From positions 3,047 through 67,046 of the forward strand of contig NIVC01003972.1 of assembly GCA_002269645.1 (NCBI GenBank): a DNA stretch of 64,000 nucleotides, written 5' to 3'. This stretch comes from Macrostomum lignano (Eukaryota). Positions 46,901-58,042 of this stretch are shown here, in pieces. The position numbers and the translations under genes were made by a program. A model generated the notes under the pieces. The model saw only the letters and a list, made by a program, of their open reading frames with translations, was not told the origin of the DNA and ran no database searches. Positions within the stretch are counted from its first letter, which is position 1. Each line of letters starts with the position of its first letter.

Positions 46901-47294
46901 AACGCCAGGGTGTCTCCAGCCCTCCTCCGGACACCAGCATTAATTATTTTATTCTTTACACACGCTAACACCAGCTGTGTTAAAGTTGGCAGCCTGTCTC
47001 TCCTTCCAGCGCTCCGCCAAGCAGCAGCGGGCATCGCCAAGCAAGCCGGACCCAGGCGACATCGATCCCGACTACCTGGCGCAGCTTGGCGGCGGATTCC
47101 GCGGAGCCCGCACCGTGGCGCCGTCGCACGCGCGCAGCATGCAGAGCCGCCGGCTGGCGAACTTCCGCAGGTTGGCGACCGCCTGGTCAGCGAAGACCCG
47201 GGCAGCCCTGCGGCCCAGGCTGAGCGCAGAGCTGGTGGAGGAGCTGGACAAGCTGGAGGCTGAGGAGAGGACGGCTGCCGCTTCCACTGGCTAA
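43956..47294 (+). CDS. DnaJ (Hsp40 type C) protein with J-domain and a TM segment, probably mitochondrial; 5 coding exons, 315 aa
   Basis: Exons 43956-44002, 44104-44200, 45655-45969, 46249-46452, 47010-47294, phase-consistent. [31 protein letters not shown]...KFAEINAAYETLG..RRLYD; basic N-terminal presequence-like exon; TM IVVALAAVIVVGVGVRLFVM. Confidence 0.88.
44430..45100 (-). mobile_element. Decayed LINE ORF1-like fragment in DnaJ intron 2
   Basis: LSYAKAAKR motif and TGITAILELSDAW, echoing [13 protein letters not shown] of the 25750 ORF1; multiple stops. Confidence 0.4.
46460..46790. repeat. 25-bp minisatellite (DnaJ intron 4)
   Basis: Unit GCAGCGCCATCCCATCCAACTGTGG, starting just after the donor. 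Confidence 0.95.
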
Positions 47295-47324
47295 CGGGCC
47301 TCGAAACCGATTCAATTACAGATT

Positions 47325-48255
47325 TCAACCGCCCCTCCCATTTGAACAACCGATTCAAATCCGCCCCACCCATTTGAACAACCGATTCAAATCCACCCCA
47401 CCCATTTGAACAACCGATTCAACTCCGCCCCCGTTTGAACAACCGAATCAAACCCGCCCCACCCATTTGAACAACCGATTCAAATCCGCCCCACCCATTT
47501 GAACAACCGATTCAAATCCGCCCCCGTTTGAACAATTAATTCAAATCCGCCCCACCCATTTAAACAACCGATTCAAATCCGCCCCCCCCCATTTGAACAA
47601 CCGATTCAAATCCGCCCCCCATTTGAACAACCGATTCAAATCCGCCCCCTATTTGAACAACCGATTAAAATCCGCCCCCTATTTGAACAACCGATTTAAA
47701 TCCGCCCCCTATTTGAACAACCGATTAAAATCCGCTCCCTATTTGAACAACCGATTCAAATCCGCCCCCCATTTAAACAACCGATTCAAATCCGCCCCCC
47801 CCCCATTTGAACAACCGATTCAAATCCGCCCCCCATTTGAACAACCGATTCAAATCCGCCCCCTATTTGAACAACCGATTAAAATCCGCCCCCTATTTGA
47901 ACAACCGATTTAAATCCGCCCCGTATTTGAACAACCGATTCAAATCCGCCCCCCATTTGAACAACAGATTCAAATCCGCCCCACCCATTTGAACAACCGA
48001 TTCAAATCCGCCCCACCCATTTGAACAACCGATTCAAATCCGCCCCCCCCCATTTGAACAACCGATTCAAATCCGCCCCCTATTTGAACAACCGATTCAA
48101 ATCCGCCCCCATTTGAACAACCGATTCAAATCCGCCCCCATTTGAACAACCGATTCAAATCCGCCCCCATTTGAACAACCGATTCAAACCCGCCCCCATT
48201 TGAACAACCGATTCAAATCCGCCCCCATTTGAACAACCGATTCAAACCCGCCCAG
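47325..48255. repeat. ~30-bp minisatellite with an internal hairpin, 3' of the DnaJ stop
   Basis: Unit CATTTGAACAACCGATTCAAATCCGCCCCC containing TTTGAA-N7-TTCAAA. Confidence 0.96.
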
Positions 48256-48804
48256 CCCTCAAGAATGCATTCAGGCCTGTCCCCGAGCCAGTCCAATTAT
48301 GTGTTTTGTTGTCTTTCTGAGATTTTAACTTGCTAAAAGATTTTCGAGACTGCCTGCTGGCTTGCCGGTGTGTCTTCACTTCCAGGACTTGCTTGCTTAG
48401 AAAAAGCGACTGTACGCCACATTTTAAAAAAAGTGTTGCTTCATTCGCTTCTGTTAAATTGTTTGTTACAGCATTTTGACTTTGTTAGTGTTGCATGCCT
48501 TATTTTTAACTGTTATGGAATTTAGTGATACAATGTAAATACATGAGTAGAGCTAGACTTTGAGCTCTCTAAACTTGTGATAAAATGAAGAAAACTTTAT
48601 GAAAAGTTTCATACTTGTTTTGTTCAGCAACTGCTTTATTGTTACTGCCAAGGTCAAATTTCTTTCAAACAGGAGGAATGGAATAGGAAACTAGGGCTGC
48701 AGGAGGAACCGTTCAGATGACGTGCAGATGCTTCAGAAAATGCGGGGCAGCAGCCTGAGGCTTCAGAAGGTACACCGTTTGTCCATCACTCAAGAAGTCT
48801 GACA

Positions 48805-49290
48805 TGAAGCTTCAGGAGGAACTGGACAGATGACTGAAGCTTCAGGAGGAACTGGACAGATGACTGAAGCTTCAGGAGGAACTGGGCAGAAGACTGAAGC
48901 TTCAGGAGGAACTGGGCAGATGACTGAAGCTTCAGGAGGAACTGGGCAGATGACTGAAGCTTCAGGAGGAACTGGGCAGATGACTGAAGCTTCAGGAGGA
49001 ACTGGGCAGAAGACTTAAGCTTCAGGAGGAACTGGGCAGATGACTGAAGCTTCAGGAGGAACTGGGCAGATGACTGAAGCTTCAGGAGGAACTAGGCAGA
49101 TGACTAAAGCTTCAGGAGGAACTGGGCAGATGACTGAAGCTTCAGGAGGAACTGGGCAGATGACTGAAGCTTCAGGAGGAACTGGGCAGATGACTAAAGC
49201 TTCAGGAAGATCTGGGCAGATGACTAAAGCTTCAGGAAGAACTGGGCAGAAGACTGAAGCTTCAGGAAGAATAATGCAGAAGGCCAAAGC
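48805..49290. repeat. 30-bp minisatellite
   Basis: Unit GAAGCTTCAGGAGGAACTGGGCAGATGACT. Confidence 0.95.
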
Positions 49291-49624
49291 TTCTGACTGA
49301 ACTTAATTGTTACGAGTAGGAGGCTGAAGCCCCAGAAAAAGACCTGAATTAAACGGTCTTAAAGTAGAAAGCCATGTGAAGAAATGAAAGACGACAGGAG
49401 CCCATAAAACAGTAACGAAGAGTACAGAAGCCGCACTTATACATGCTGTTATACATGTACAACCTAAATCGGAGAATTAGGCTGAAGCTTTATAAAAGTT
49501 GGCTAAATACACGTAAAAGTACTTTGCTAGCACCTGCACAAGCACGCGCGTATCATTACATGCACAAGTTGCAGTTTCTAATTATAATGCAAGCTGGTAC
49601 ATCTTCCTGCACACGCATGGCTCC

Positions 49625-50098
49625 TCACGGCAGCGCTCCCACCGCGGCCTGGCCGAGTTGGTTAAAAACCAACGCTGAGTAGTCTGGCGGTGGCGAGTCC
49701 TCTGCGTTGGCGAGCTGGTGGGGCGCTTGTTGCATGCAGCAAACAGAATACCGCGGTGGTGGCAGCTCGGCTTCGGCTGGCTGCTTCGCCGCTGCCCTCG
49801 CGATCCCCATGATGTCGAGCGTAGAGGCTGCTCTCTCTTGCTGCCACTGTGGCTGCTGCTGCTGCTGCTTAAGACAGCTGCAGCAACGACAGCGAACCAA
49901 ACGGTGCCGCAAGCAACCAATGAGCAGCGGGCACCAGATGGCGGCCAGAGCTGCCACGGCAAGGACGAGAATGACAACGATGGCTATGAGGCTGTTTTCC
50001 ACCTTCTGAGGATTAGAGTGCCAGTCTGGGATCTGACCGTCAGCTGCTGCGCATCCATGCAGGTGCGCTGCGAAGAATAGCAGCAGTGCAGTGATCAT
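49625..50098 (-). CDS. Single-pass membrane protein with signal peptide, juxtamembrane Cys cluster and two PPxY motifs
   Basis: SP MITALLLFFAAHLHGCAAA; TM LIAIVVILVLAVAALAAIWCPLLIGC; CRCCSC; PPPRY and PPPDY; single exon, 157 aa. Confidence 0.75.
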   Translation of the reverse strand: MITALLLFFAAHLHGCAAADGQIPDWHSNPQKVENSLIAIVVILVLAVAALAAIWCPLLIGCLRHRLVRCRCCSCLKQQQQQPQWQQERAASTLDIMGIARAAAKQPAEAELPPPRYSVCCMQQAPHQLANAEDSPPPDYSALVFNQLGQAAVGALP

Positions 50099-50877
50099 TG
50101 TCGCTGTTGGTTGAGCAGTTCAGAGAGGGTCTTGTAATTGTGGCCAAAATTGCCTGCATTTTTATAGTTGGCGGGCGGATTGTGCCTTAATTGGATTCGA
50201 CAAGGCACGTTGCCTTTTTGGGCGCTCCGGTGGCAATTATTGCATGCTCATAGTTGTTTACTCGCAACTGTGCATTAGAAATGTGCACAAAGGCTCCGGC
50301 CATATGATTGCGTCAATTTCAATACTGTACTGATGCATCCAGCACACAACGTGCATCCATCCTACTTGACTGCAGATTGAGTTTTGCTAAACTAAAACTA
50401 AAACCTAAAAGTGGATCATTGCTGGCTGTGACGTCTCTGCCCTGGACGTAGGTTGATCTACTGCAGATGTCAGTTAATTACGAGCGTACAATCTGAATTA
50501 TTTGCATAACTCCTTTCAAAATTAGATTCTCCGCGGTTTGCTAATGCAGGTAAAAATTTTCAAAAAAATTTTTTGACAAGAAATGCAGGGCTATTCAACA
50601 ACCTGCTCACTTGCTCACAAAAATGCTCACTTCTCAAGAAGAGATGGAGATCGATGCTCACTAACACGTACTGACTGGCGCACCTGGAGCCAACAAGCAA
50701 TTATCACATCGATCTATTTTTAAAATATACGTACCTTTGATGCCTTCAACTAGCTGCCATTTTATGTCTGTGGCTACTGAGGCAATTGCAAGCTGATAGA
50801 AAAAGCCCATGTTGAAATTTTCAATGCAGCAATAATATGTGCTCTGGGATTCTGTTCTCTGCTCAAACACCCAACCA

Positions 50878-51524
50878 ATGCGGCTCAGCGACGTTCGAAC
50901 TCGCGCCTCGGTGATCCTGACCGACGGTCAGCAGGAAATCGAGGAGGGCACCGAGGAGGAGCTGCTGTTGAAGCTTCTCAAGCACCAGCGCTGGAGCAGC
51001 GCCAACGCCACCGTCCGCTGTTTCAAGTGCAAGAAGCTGGTGGTCACAGATGTGGTCTTCGTGCCGACTGTCCGCACCTACATTGTGTCGCTGGCGCTGT
51101 TCTTGACCGGGTGAGTCGCTCAAATCACCGTCATCTTGTCGGGGCAGTTCCAGCAGTGACTTGTGGGCGATGCGACCAAACTAGACAATAACTCACCATG
51201 GACAGCGGAAGGTCGCTGTACTCGATATTTTAAATAATGCTCTGGAACCCTTTGACCACACTCTGTCCGTCACAATCTACCATTGTATTGTAAAACACAA
51301 CTAGTTGTAAAATTGTGCAATTCTTCTGTTTTTCTAAATTTAGTTCCAAGCTATAAATTTTGAATCCACAAATCAACACCTGCTCCAGCATCTTCTCTGT
51401 CCTGTGCCTCATCCCCTTCTACTACCCGGAACTTCTCGGCGTTGTTCACGTGTGCTCAAACCCGGACTGCCGGACCAAGCTTGGAGAGAACTCCGGCTGG
51501 ATGTCGCGGAAGAAGCAGGACTGA
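50878..51524 (+). CDS. LITAF/SIMPLE-like domain protein, 2 exons (50878-51110, 51389-51524), 122 aa
   Basis: VRCFKC...TYIVSLALFLTG|IFSVLCLIPFYY...VVHVCSNPDC; phase-2 GT-AG junction. A further upstream exon cannot be excluded. Confidence 0.82.
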
Positions 51525-51639
51525 CCGCCGTAGCCGGATTCAACCGTTCAACTCTCTGTGTTTGGAGAAGCTTACATTCATATACTTTGTTTTGCTGCGT
51601 TTCTGGGACTCCGCATTTCTGCTTTCCTCTCCTCACTCC

Positions 51640-52060
51640 GCTCCCTCCTCCCCCTACCCCTTCCTTCCTCTGTTTCGCTCTTAGTTCCCTCCCCCCGCTC
51701 CTTTCTTCCTCTGCTCTCTTCTATCTCCGCTCCTCCCTCCCTCCGCTGTCTCCTCCCCCCCGCTCCCCTCCTCCCTCCGCTCCCCTCCTCCCTCCGCTCC
51801 CCTCCTCCCTCCGCTCCCCTCCTCCTTCCGCTCCCCTCCTCCCTCTGCTCCCCTCCTCCCTCTGCTCCCCTCCTCCCTCCGCTCCCCTCCTCCCTCCGCT
51901 CCCCTCCTCCTTCCGCTCCCCTCCTCCCTCCGCTCCCCTCCTCCTTCCGCTCCCCTCCTCCTTCCGCTCCCCTCCTCCTTCCGCTCCCCTCCTCCTTCCG
52001 CTCCCCTCCTCCCTCCGCTCCCCTCCTCCCTCCGCTCTATCCTGTCCTCCGCTCTCATCT
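51640..52060. repeat. CT-rich 17-bp repeat
   Basis: Unit CGCTCCCCTCCTCCCTC. Confidence 0.92.
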
Positions 52061-52495
52061 CCGGCTCCCGCACTTCTCTGCTCAGCTCATCACTCTAATC
52101 TGGTTGGTTCACACGTCCCTGGCATTATTTTCTACCTGGAAATTGCTTTAGCTGTTAATTGCTTGGAATGTGAATTTAACAAAAAATATAAGCAGCTGAA
52201 TATTTATGGCGTTTGTTGTTCATAATGTGTTCTCATACAGCTGCATCGAGTTCTGCTTCAAGTTTTATTCGTTATGTCGCGGTAAAATTTCCGGTAAAGA
52301 ATCGCGAATTGGGAATTTGTGCAGGACTTTATTCGTTTGTACTGTGCGTTCACAGCAGCAGTTCACTACGTCGGTGCTATTCATCAATGTCGGTGCTATC
52401 CGGCTCCGCGATGTTGTTGTTGTTGTTGTTGTTATTGCTGTTGTAAAAAAATTTCCTGCGTAATGTGGGCGAGTACGTGTACTCTTCGGCGCTAA

Positions 52496-52981
52496 CGGGC
52501 GGTGGCGGCTTGGCTTGAGGAACTGGCTCGGCAACTGGAACGAGATAACCAATGCAAGTCTAGTGTCGCGAAGGAAGAGGCGATTGTCCGGAGGTTCACG
52601 GCCTGGTTGGCGGAGAACAAGCTCCGCTTAGACTAAAAAGATGCTCCAGTGGTGGATGTGGCTAAGTACGTTCGCTATTTCTACGCTCACCAGCGGAAGG
52701 CGGATGGGACGTTCAATTCCCCGAATACTATTGTTGGGATACGTGCCGCTCTTTTCCGCTACTTCATGAAGCTGCGTGGCCTCGACATCAATGCGGATCC
52801 AGCTTTTCATGCGGCTAACCTGATGATCAAGTATGTCTGCAACGCTTTTTTGCAGAATGGTGGTCGGATCCGCCACTACGGGGCCATAGAGTCTGACGAC
52901 TTGATCAAGCTTAGTGCATACTTCGACAGGGCAACACCGTCGCGACTTCAGGAGGAGGTGTACTTCGATCTGCTATACTAC
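52496..52981 (+). pseudogene. Crypton-like tyrosine recombinase (DUF3504/ZMYM-KCTD-related) N-terminal remnant
   Basis: VRRFTAWL..*..YVRYFYAHQRKADG..IRAALFRY..DINADPAF..N..GG..HY.AI..DDL.KL..Y..TP..LQEEVYFDLLYY; truncated before the catalytic Arg region. Family call is from recollection. Confidence 0.65.
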
Positions 52982-53059
52982 GCTCCAATATTGACTTCAT
53001 GCTGACCTTAGCGTTACTTCTTTAAATTTATCGTCACTTTGCAACTTAATTCTTGTTCT

Positions 53060-54110
53060 ACGTTTCACTATTTTTAAATACATTCGTTCCATGGGATGCA
53101 GGAATGCAAGAATGAAGCGGAGTGCATTCCAAAACCATCCTCCACACTTGGCCAGTGTGATTTCGGAGTTGCTTCCTCTGCAATTCTCTGAAGAACGAGA
53201 ATTCGCCACTCGCATAGTGTTGTCTGTGGTGGCGGATTGTCAAGTTCAAGCTGAACTTGGGGCAGAGACAACTGACGTTTTATTGACGCATTCAGGCAGG
53301 AGTGCGCACTCTCAGTCGGATTCAAAAATGGTGAGTACGGTGGCAGCTGTACGACTCGCCAGTTAGCTTCATATTATTGCGGGAGCCTCACGCCGGTGTG
53401 GAATCGAGCACCGTCCATTATGATGCAGAATTAATCCGCATTCTCGATGTCTTCTCTGTTGTTGACAGCGTCGAGTAACTCTTCGATGAAAACTTGGAAC
53501 ACGTTTGCAGTTAGCGTCTGGCCCAAAATCTTGTGGTGTACCAGGCTGAGGCCAGGTGAGATGGCGGGGTAGCCTGGATGATATTTACCTGTTCACCGCG
53601 CTGCGTATGCAAAGTGCGCCTAACACGCTGACCCCGCAAACTGCGCCCCAGAGATCGTCGTGTCTTGTTGAGCCCTGTCTCGTCAATATAGATCAAGTGA
53701 CAATCCGGACGCAGGTCAAGCAGCCACTGTGCAAATTCTTGTCGACGCGCTTTATTCTCTGGCGTGTTCCATGCGGCCGGTAGGTCAGCATCTCTGCCTA
53801 AGCATTTCAGCGTGATCAGATGTTTGTCTAGAGATCTTCTAAGTGTGGCCTTGCTAACTCGAAGACCGTCAAACGAATTCTCCAGTGTGCGCTGCAACTC
53901 TTTTAGTGTCAGTGATGGATTGGCATCCAGTGAATCCAGAAGCTGTTGCACGTGCTGGTTTCCTAGCTTTGACGTTCGATATCCTCCTCGACGGAGTCCC
54001 ATTGGATAGTATACACAGTTTGTACCTTCACATTAAAAAACCTGGAAATCTGCACAGCTCTATGTCGATTGCGTCCATTTCGAGCTGCTATCGAGATCAG
54101 TTCACTTAAG
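53060..54110 (-). pseudogene. Decayed Tc1/IS630-like DDE transposase
   Basis: HTH-like AVQISRFFNVKVQTVYTI, NPSLTLKELQ, IYIDETG, IMDGARFH and LPPYSPFLNPTE; frameshifts and stops; TIRs not identified. Confidence 0.8.
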
Positions 54111-54170
54111 AACTGAGAAAATTTATCAATTGCGTGCTCGCATTATCTATGTATAACTTGCGAAATTCTA

Positions 54171-54686
54171 ACGGGTGTCCCAAAAAAGGTAACACTTTGT
54201 GCGCTCACTGTGAGTGAGCAGTTAGGCCTATAGCACAGTAATTTAACAGGTCCACAGTAAACATTTGTAAGTTTTTCCCACAAACATTTGGTTGCGAAAA
54301 ATTGCTCCAGAGGCGAGTTATTGAGCACAGAAGTGTACGCTAGCTTTTCTGCCAAGCTTTGCCATACACAGCTGCCATAGACAATCTTAACGTTTAAGAA
54401 ATTTAAGAAATTTTAACGTTAGATCAGTCTCAGAGTCTATGCATGCTCTGTCATTTTTCTTACGCAAAAGATTGTCTATGGCCTCCGTCTATGGCAAAGC
54501 TTAGCAGAGAAGCTAGCGTACACTTCTGTGCTCAATAACTCGCCTCTGGAGCAATTTTTCGCAACCAAATGTTTGTGGGAAAAACTTACAAATGTTTACT
54601 GTGGACCTGTTAAATTACTGTGCTATAGGCCTAACTGCTCACTCACAGTGAGCGTACAAAGTGTTACCCTTTTTTGGGACACCCGT
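54171..54686. mobile_element. Tc1/mariner-type MITE, 516 bp, ~195-bp TIRs, TA target duplication
   Basis: TA|ACGGGTGTCCCAAAAAAGG... and ...TTTTTGGGACACCCGT|TA; arms nearly perfectly complementary; inner IR CCATAGACAATCT / AGATTGTCTATGG. Confidence 0.9.
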
Positions 54687-55224
54687 TATAATCACTGGGG
54701 GAGGCAACAATTAAAGACAGACTTTTCAACTGTCTATAGTCCGAATCGGGGGTCTTTGAAGCAACCTCGGTGCCGCTTTGGCTGCAAATAGGCTCACGCA
54801 TTCAGCATATGGTGAAGAAAAGGAAGCCTGCGAGCTGAGCAGCGAGCTTTTTGAGGAACATTGGGAGAGCGTCGCTACCGCAGATGAATCCCTGGGTGAA
54901 CAGGATAATATATATGCAGCGGAATATTGATGAAGTTTATTGTTGTTCATCTTGTGTTCTCATACAGCTGCATCGAGTTCTGCTTAAAGTTTAATTCGTT
55001 ATGTAGCGGAAAATTTCCGGTAAAGAATCGCGAGTTTGGAATTTGTGCAAGACTTTATTCATTTGCACTGTGCGTGCACAGCAGCAGTTCACTACTGTGA
55101 GTTGACTGTGCACTTGCCAGCTGAGGCCATGTGATCGTATTTGAGGAATGTTTTTTATGATGAGACACAGATAGAGGGTTCTGTTCGATGCTGGAAATCA
55201 AAATCTGCAGGTAGAATTTCAGTA

Positions 55225-58042
55225 CTAATGCGCAGCAGGTGCGTTCGGATTGGGATAAAGTCCCGGGGCCTGCGGCGGCGGCGGCGGCGGCGGCGGCGGC
55301 TGCTGCTGCTGCTGGTAGCTGCCGTACTGCTGCTGCCCGGCTGCGTATCCGGGATACCCGACTGGTGCCTGCAGTCGTGAGAAAGCAGAGCGATTGATGC
55401 GAATTGCGGTCCGAACTCCATGCGTACCTGTGGCTCTAACTTTGGTGTCCTTGGCTAACTCTGGTGTCCTTGGCTAGCTCTGGTGTCCATGGCTAACTCT
55501 GGTGTCCTTGGCTAACTCTGGTGTCCTTGGCTAACTCTGGTGTCCTTGGCTAACTCTGGTATCCATGGCTAACTCTGGTGTCCTTGGCTAACTCTGGTGT
55601 CCTTGGCTAACTCTGGTGTCCTTGGCTAACTCTGGTATCCATGGCTAACTCTGGTGTCCTTGGCTAACTCTGGTGTCCTTGGCTAACTCTGGTGTCCTTG
55701 GCTAACTCTGGTATCCATGGCTAACTCTGGTATCCATGGCTAACTCTGGTATCCATGGCTAACTCTGGTATCTGTAGGCAGCGCCTCCTATCGTGTGTGT
55801 TGGGGTGTTGTTAGCGGCTGCGCCGCGTGACTCTGCTAGCTCAATTCTTATGCGTACAATATCAAATGTGCATGGTGCGACTTTAGCCACCATTCTGACT
55901 CAGCTCAATAATTCAATAAATATACTGATCGCTATTATTCTCGCCTGCAAGCTTTCGGAAACTATCGACTACAACAAGCAGTCTAGCCTCGTTTCACGCA
56001 CTACAGTATCCATGGCTAGCTCTGGTATGCATGGCTGACTCTGCTATCCATGGCTAGCTCTGGTATGCATGGCTGACTCTGCTATCCATGGCTAGCTCTG
56101 GTATGCATGGCTGACTCTGCTATCCATGGCTAGCTCTGGTATGCATGGCTGACTCTGCTATCCATGGCTCTAACTCTGGTTTCCATGGCTAGCTCTGGTA
56201 TCCATGGCTAGCTCTGGTATGCATGGCTAGCTCTGGTATCCATGGCTAGCTCTGGTATGCATGGCTGACTCTGCTATCCATGGCTCTAACTCTGGTTTCC
56301 ATGGCTAGCTCTGGTATCCATGGCTAGCTCTGGTATGCATGGCTGACTCTGCTATCCATGGCTCTAACTCTGGTTTCCATGGCTAACTCTGGTATCCATG
56401 GCTATCTCTGGTGTCCATGGCTCTAACTCTGCTATCTATGGCTCTAACTCTGGTATCCATGGCTAGCTCTGGTATCCATGGCTGACTCTGCTATCCATGG
56501 CTAGCTCTGGTATGCATGGCTGACTCTGCTATCCATGGCTAGCTCTGGTATGCATGGCTGACTCTGCTATCCATGGCTAGCTCTGGTATGCATGGCTGAC
56601 TCTGCTATCCATGGCTAGCTCTGGTATGCATGGCTGACTCTGCTATCCATGGCTAGCTCTGGTATGCATGGCTGACTCTGCTATCCATGGCTCTAACTCT
56701 GGTTTCCATGGCTAGCTCTGGTATCCATGGCTAGCTCTGGTATGCATGGCTGACTCTGCTATCCATGGCTCTAACTCTGGTTTCCATGGCTAGCTCTGGT
56801 ATCCATGGCTAGCTCTGGTATGCATGGCTGACTCTGCTATCCATGGCTCTAACTCTGGTTTCCATGGCTAACTCTGGTATCCATGGCTAGCTCTGGTATG
56901 CATGGCTGACTCTGCTATCCATGGCTCTAACTCTGGTTTCCATGGCTAACTCTGGTATCCATGGCTGACTCTGGTATGCATGGCTGACTCTGCTATCCAT
57001 GGCTCTAACTCTGGTTTCCATGGCTAGCTCTGGTATCCATGGCTAGCTCTGGTATGCATGGCTGACTCTGCTATCCATGGCTCTAACTCTGGTTTCCATG
57101 GCTAGCTCTGGTATCCATGGCTAGCTCTGGTATGCATGGCTGACTCTGCTATCCATGGCTCTAACTCTGGTTTCCATGGCTAACTCTGGTATCCATGGCT
57201 ATCTCTGGTGTCCATGGCTCTAACTCTGCTATCTATGGCTCTAACTCTGGTATCCATGGCTAGCTCTGGTATCCATGGCTGACTCTGGTGTCCATGGCTC
57301 TAACTCTGCTATCTATGGCTCTAACTCTGGTATCCATGGCTAACTCTGATATCCATGGCTATCTCTGGTATCCATGGCTGACTCTGGTGTCCATGGCTCT
57401 AACTCTGCTATCTATGGCTCTAACTCTGGTATCCATGGCTAACTCTGATATCCATGGCTATCTCTGGTATCCATGGCTATCTCTGGTATCCGTAATGTTG
57501 CAGTATTTGATCACAGCAAGGCATTGAGTGCATCAAATTAACAAAACAATTTTGCGATTTCCGTATCTAAGCTGCATTAAATTGACAGCGGGCAGGCCCG
57601 CGCAGAGCCTCACCTGAGCCTGTGGGGGCGGCTGCCGAAGGTGGGGGGCCGGCTGCAGCACGGCTCCCTGGGTGGCTCCTCCCTGCTTGCCCGACTTTTT
57701 GCACACGCAAACGACGACGGCAACGATGGCAACGACAACACCAACCGAGACGATCACGCCAATCACTATGCCGACTATGGCGCCCACTTTCACTGTGTTT
57801 TCCACTTCCTCAATATCTTTATCAATGTCGGTATTTTCCGGCTGCGCGTTGTTGTTCATATTGTTTAGATTGTTGTTGTTTAGATTGTTGTTGTTTAGAT
57901 TGTTGTTGTTTAGATTGTTGTTATTGCTGCCGTGGAAAAATTGCTTTTGTAATGTAGGCGAGTACGTGTAGGCACTGATTGTCGGAAGACCCAGACACAG
58001 CAGCAGCAATAATATCCGTACATCTTTTGCTTCCGACTTCAT
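55225..58042 (-). CDS. Signal peptide-Asn-rich ectodomain-TM-Pro/Gln/Tyr-rich tail protein, 2 exons (58042-57614, 55368-55225), 190 aa
   Basis: SP RILLLLLCLGLPTISA; (NNNNL)n; TM VGAIVGIVIGVIVSVGVVVAIVAVVVCVC; phase-0 junction CAG|GTGAGG...CAG|GCA; tail GYPGY...QQQQQPPPPPPPPP. Confidence 0.75.
55440..57490. repeat. 19-21-bp minisatellites (55440-55770 and 56005-57490) filling that intron, with higher-order units
   Basis: GGCTAACTCTGGTGTCCTT, then ATCCATGGCTAGCTCTGGT/ATGCATGGCTGACTCTGCT alternation. Confidence 0.95.

Larger units (their letters stand above)
52213..55095 (+). repeat. Pair of ~155-bp direct repeats (52213-52369 and 54940-55095), about 90% identical by eye
   Basis: Both read TTGTTGTTCAT..TGTGTTCTCATACAGCTGCATCGAGTTCTGCTT...CAGCAGCAGTTCACTAC. 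Confidence 0.9.

Noticed and set aside
47325-48255. CRISPR-like palindromic 30-bp repeats
   Set aside because: Units abut directly and only the C-run length varies; no spacers.
48830-49300. MTEASGGTGQ repeat protein
   Set aside because: In-frame stop at 49016-49018, no in-frame splice acceptor found upstream, and no unique coding flanks.
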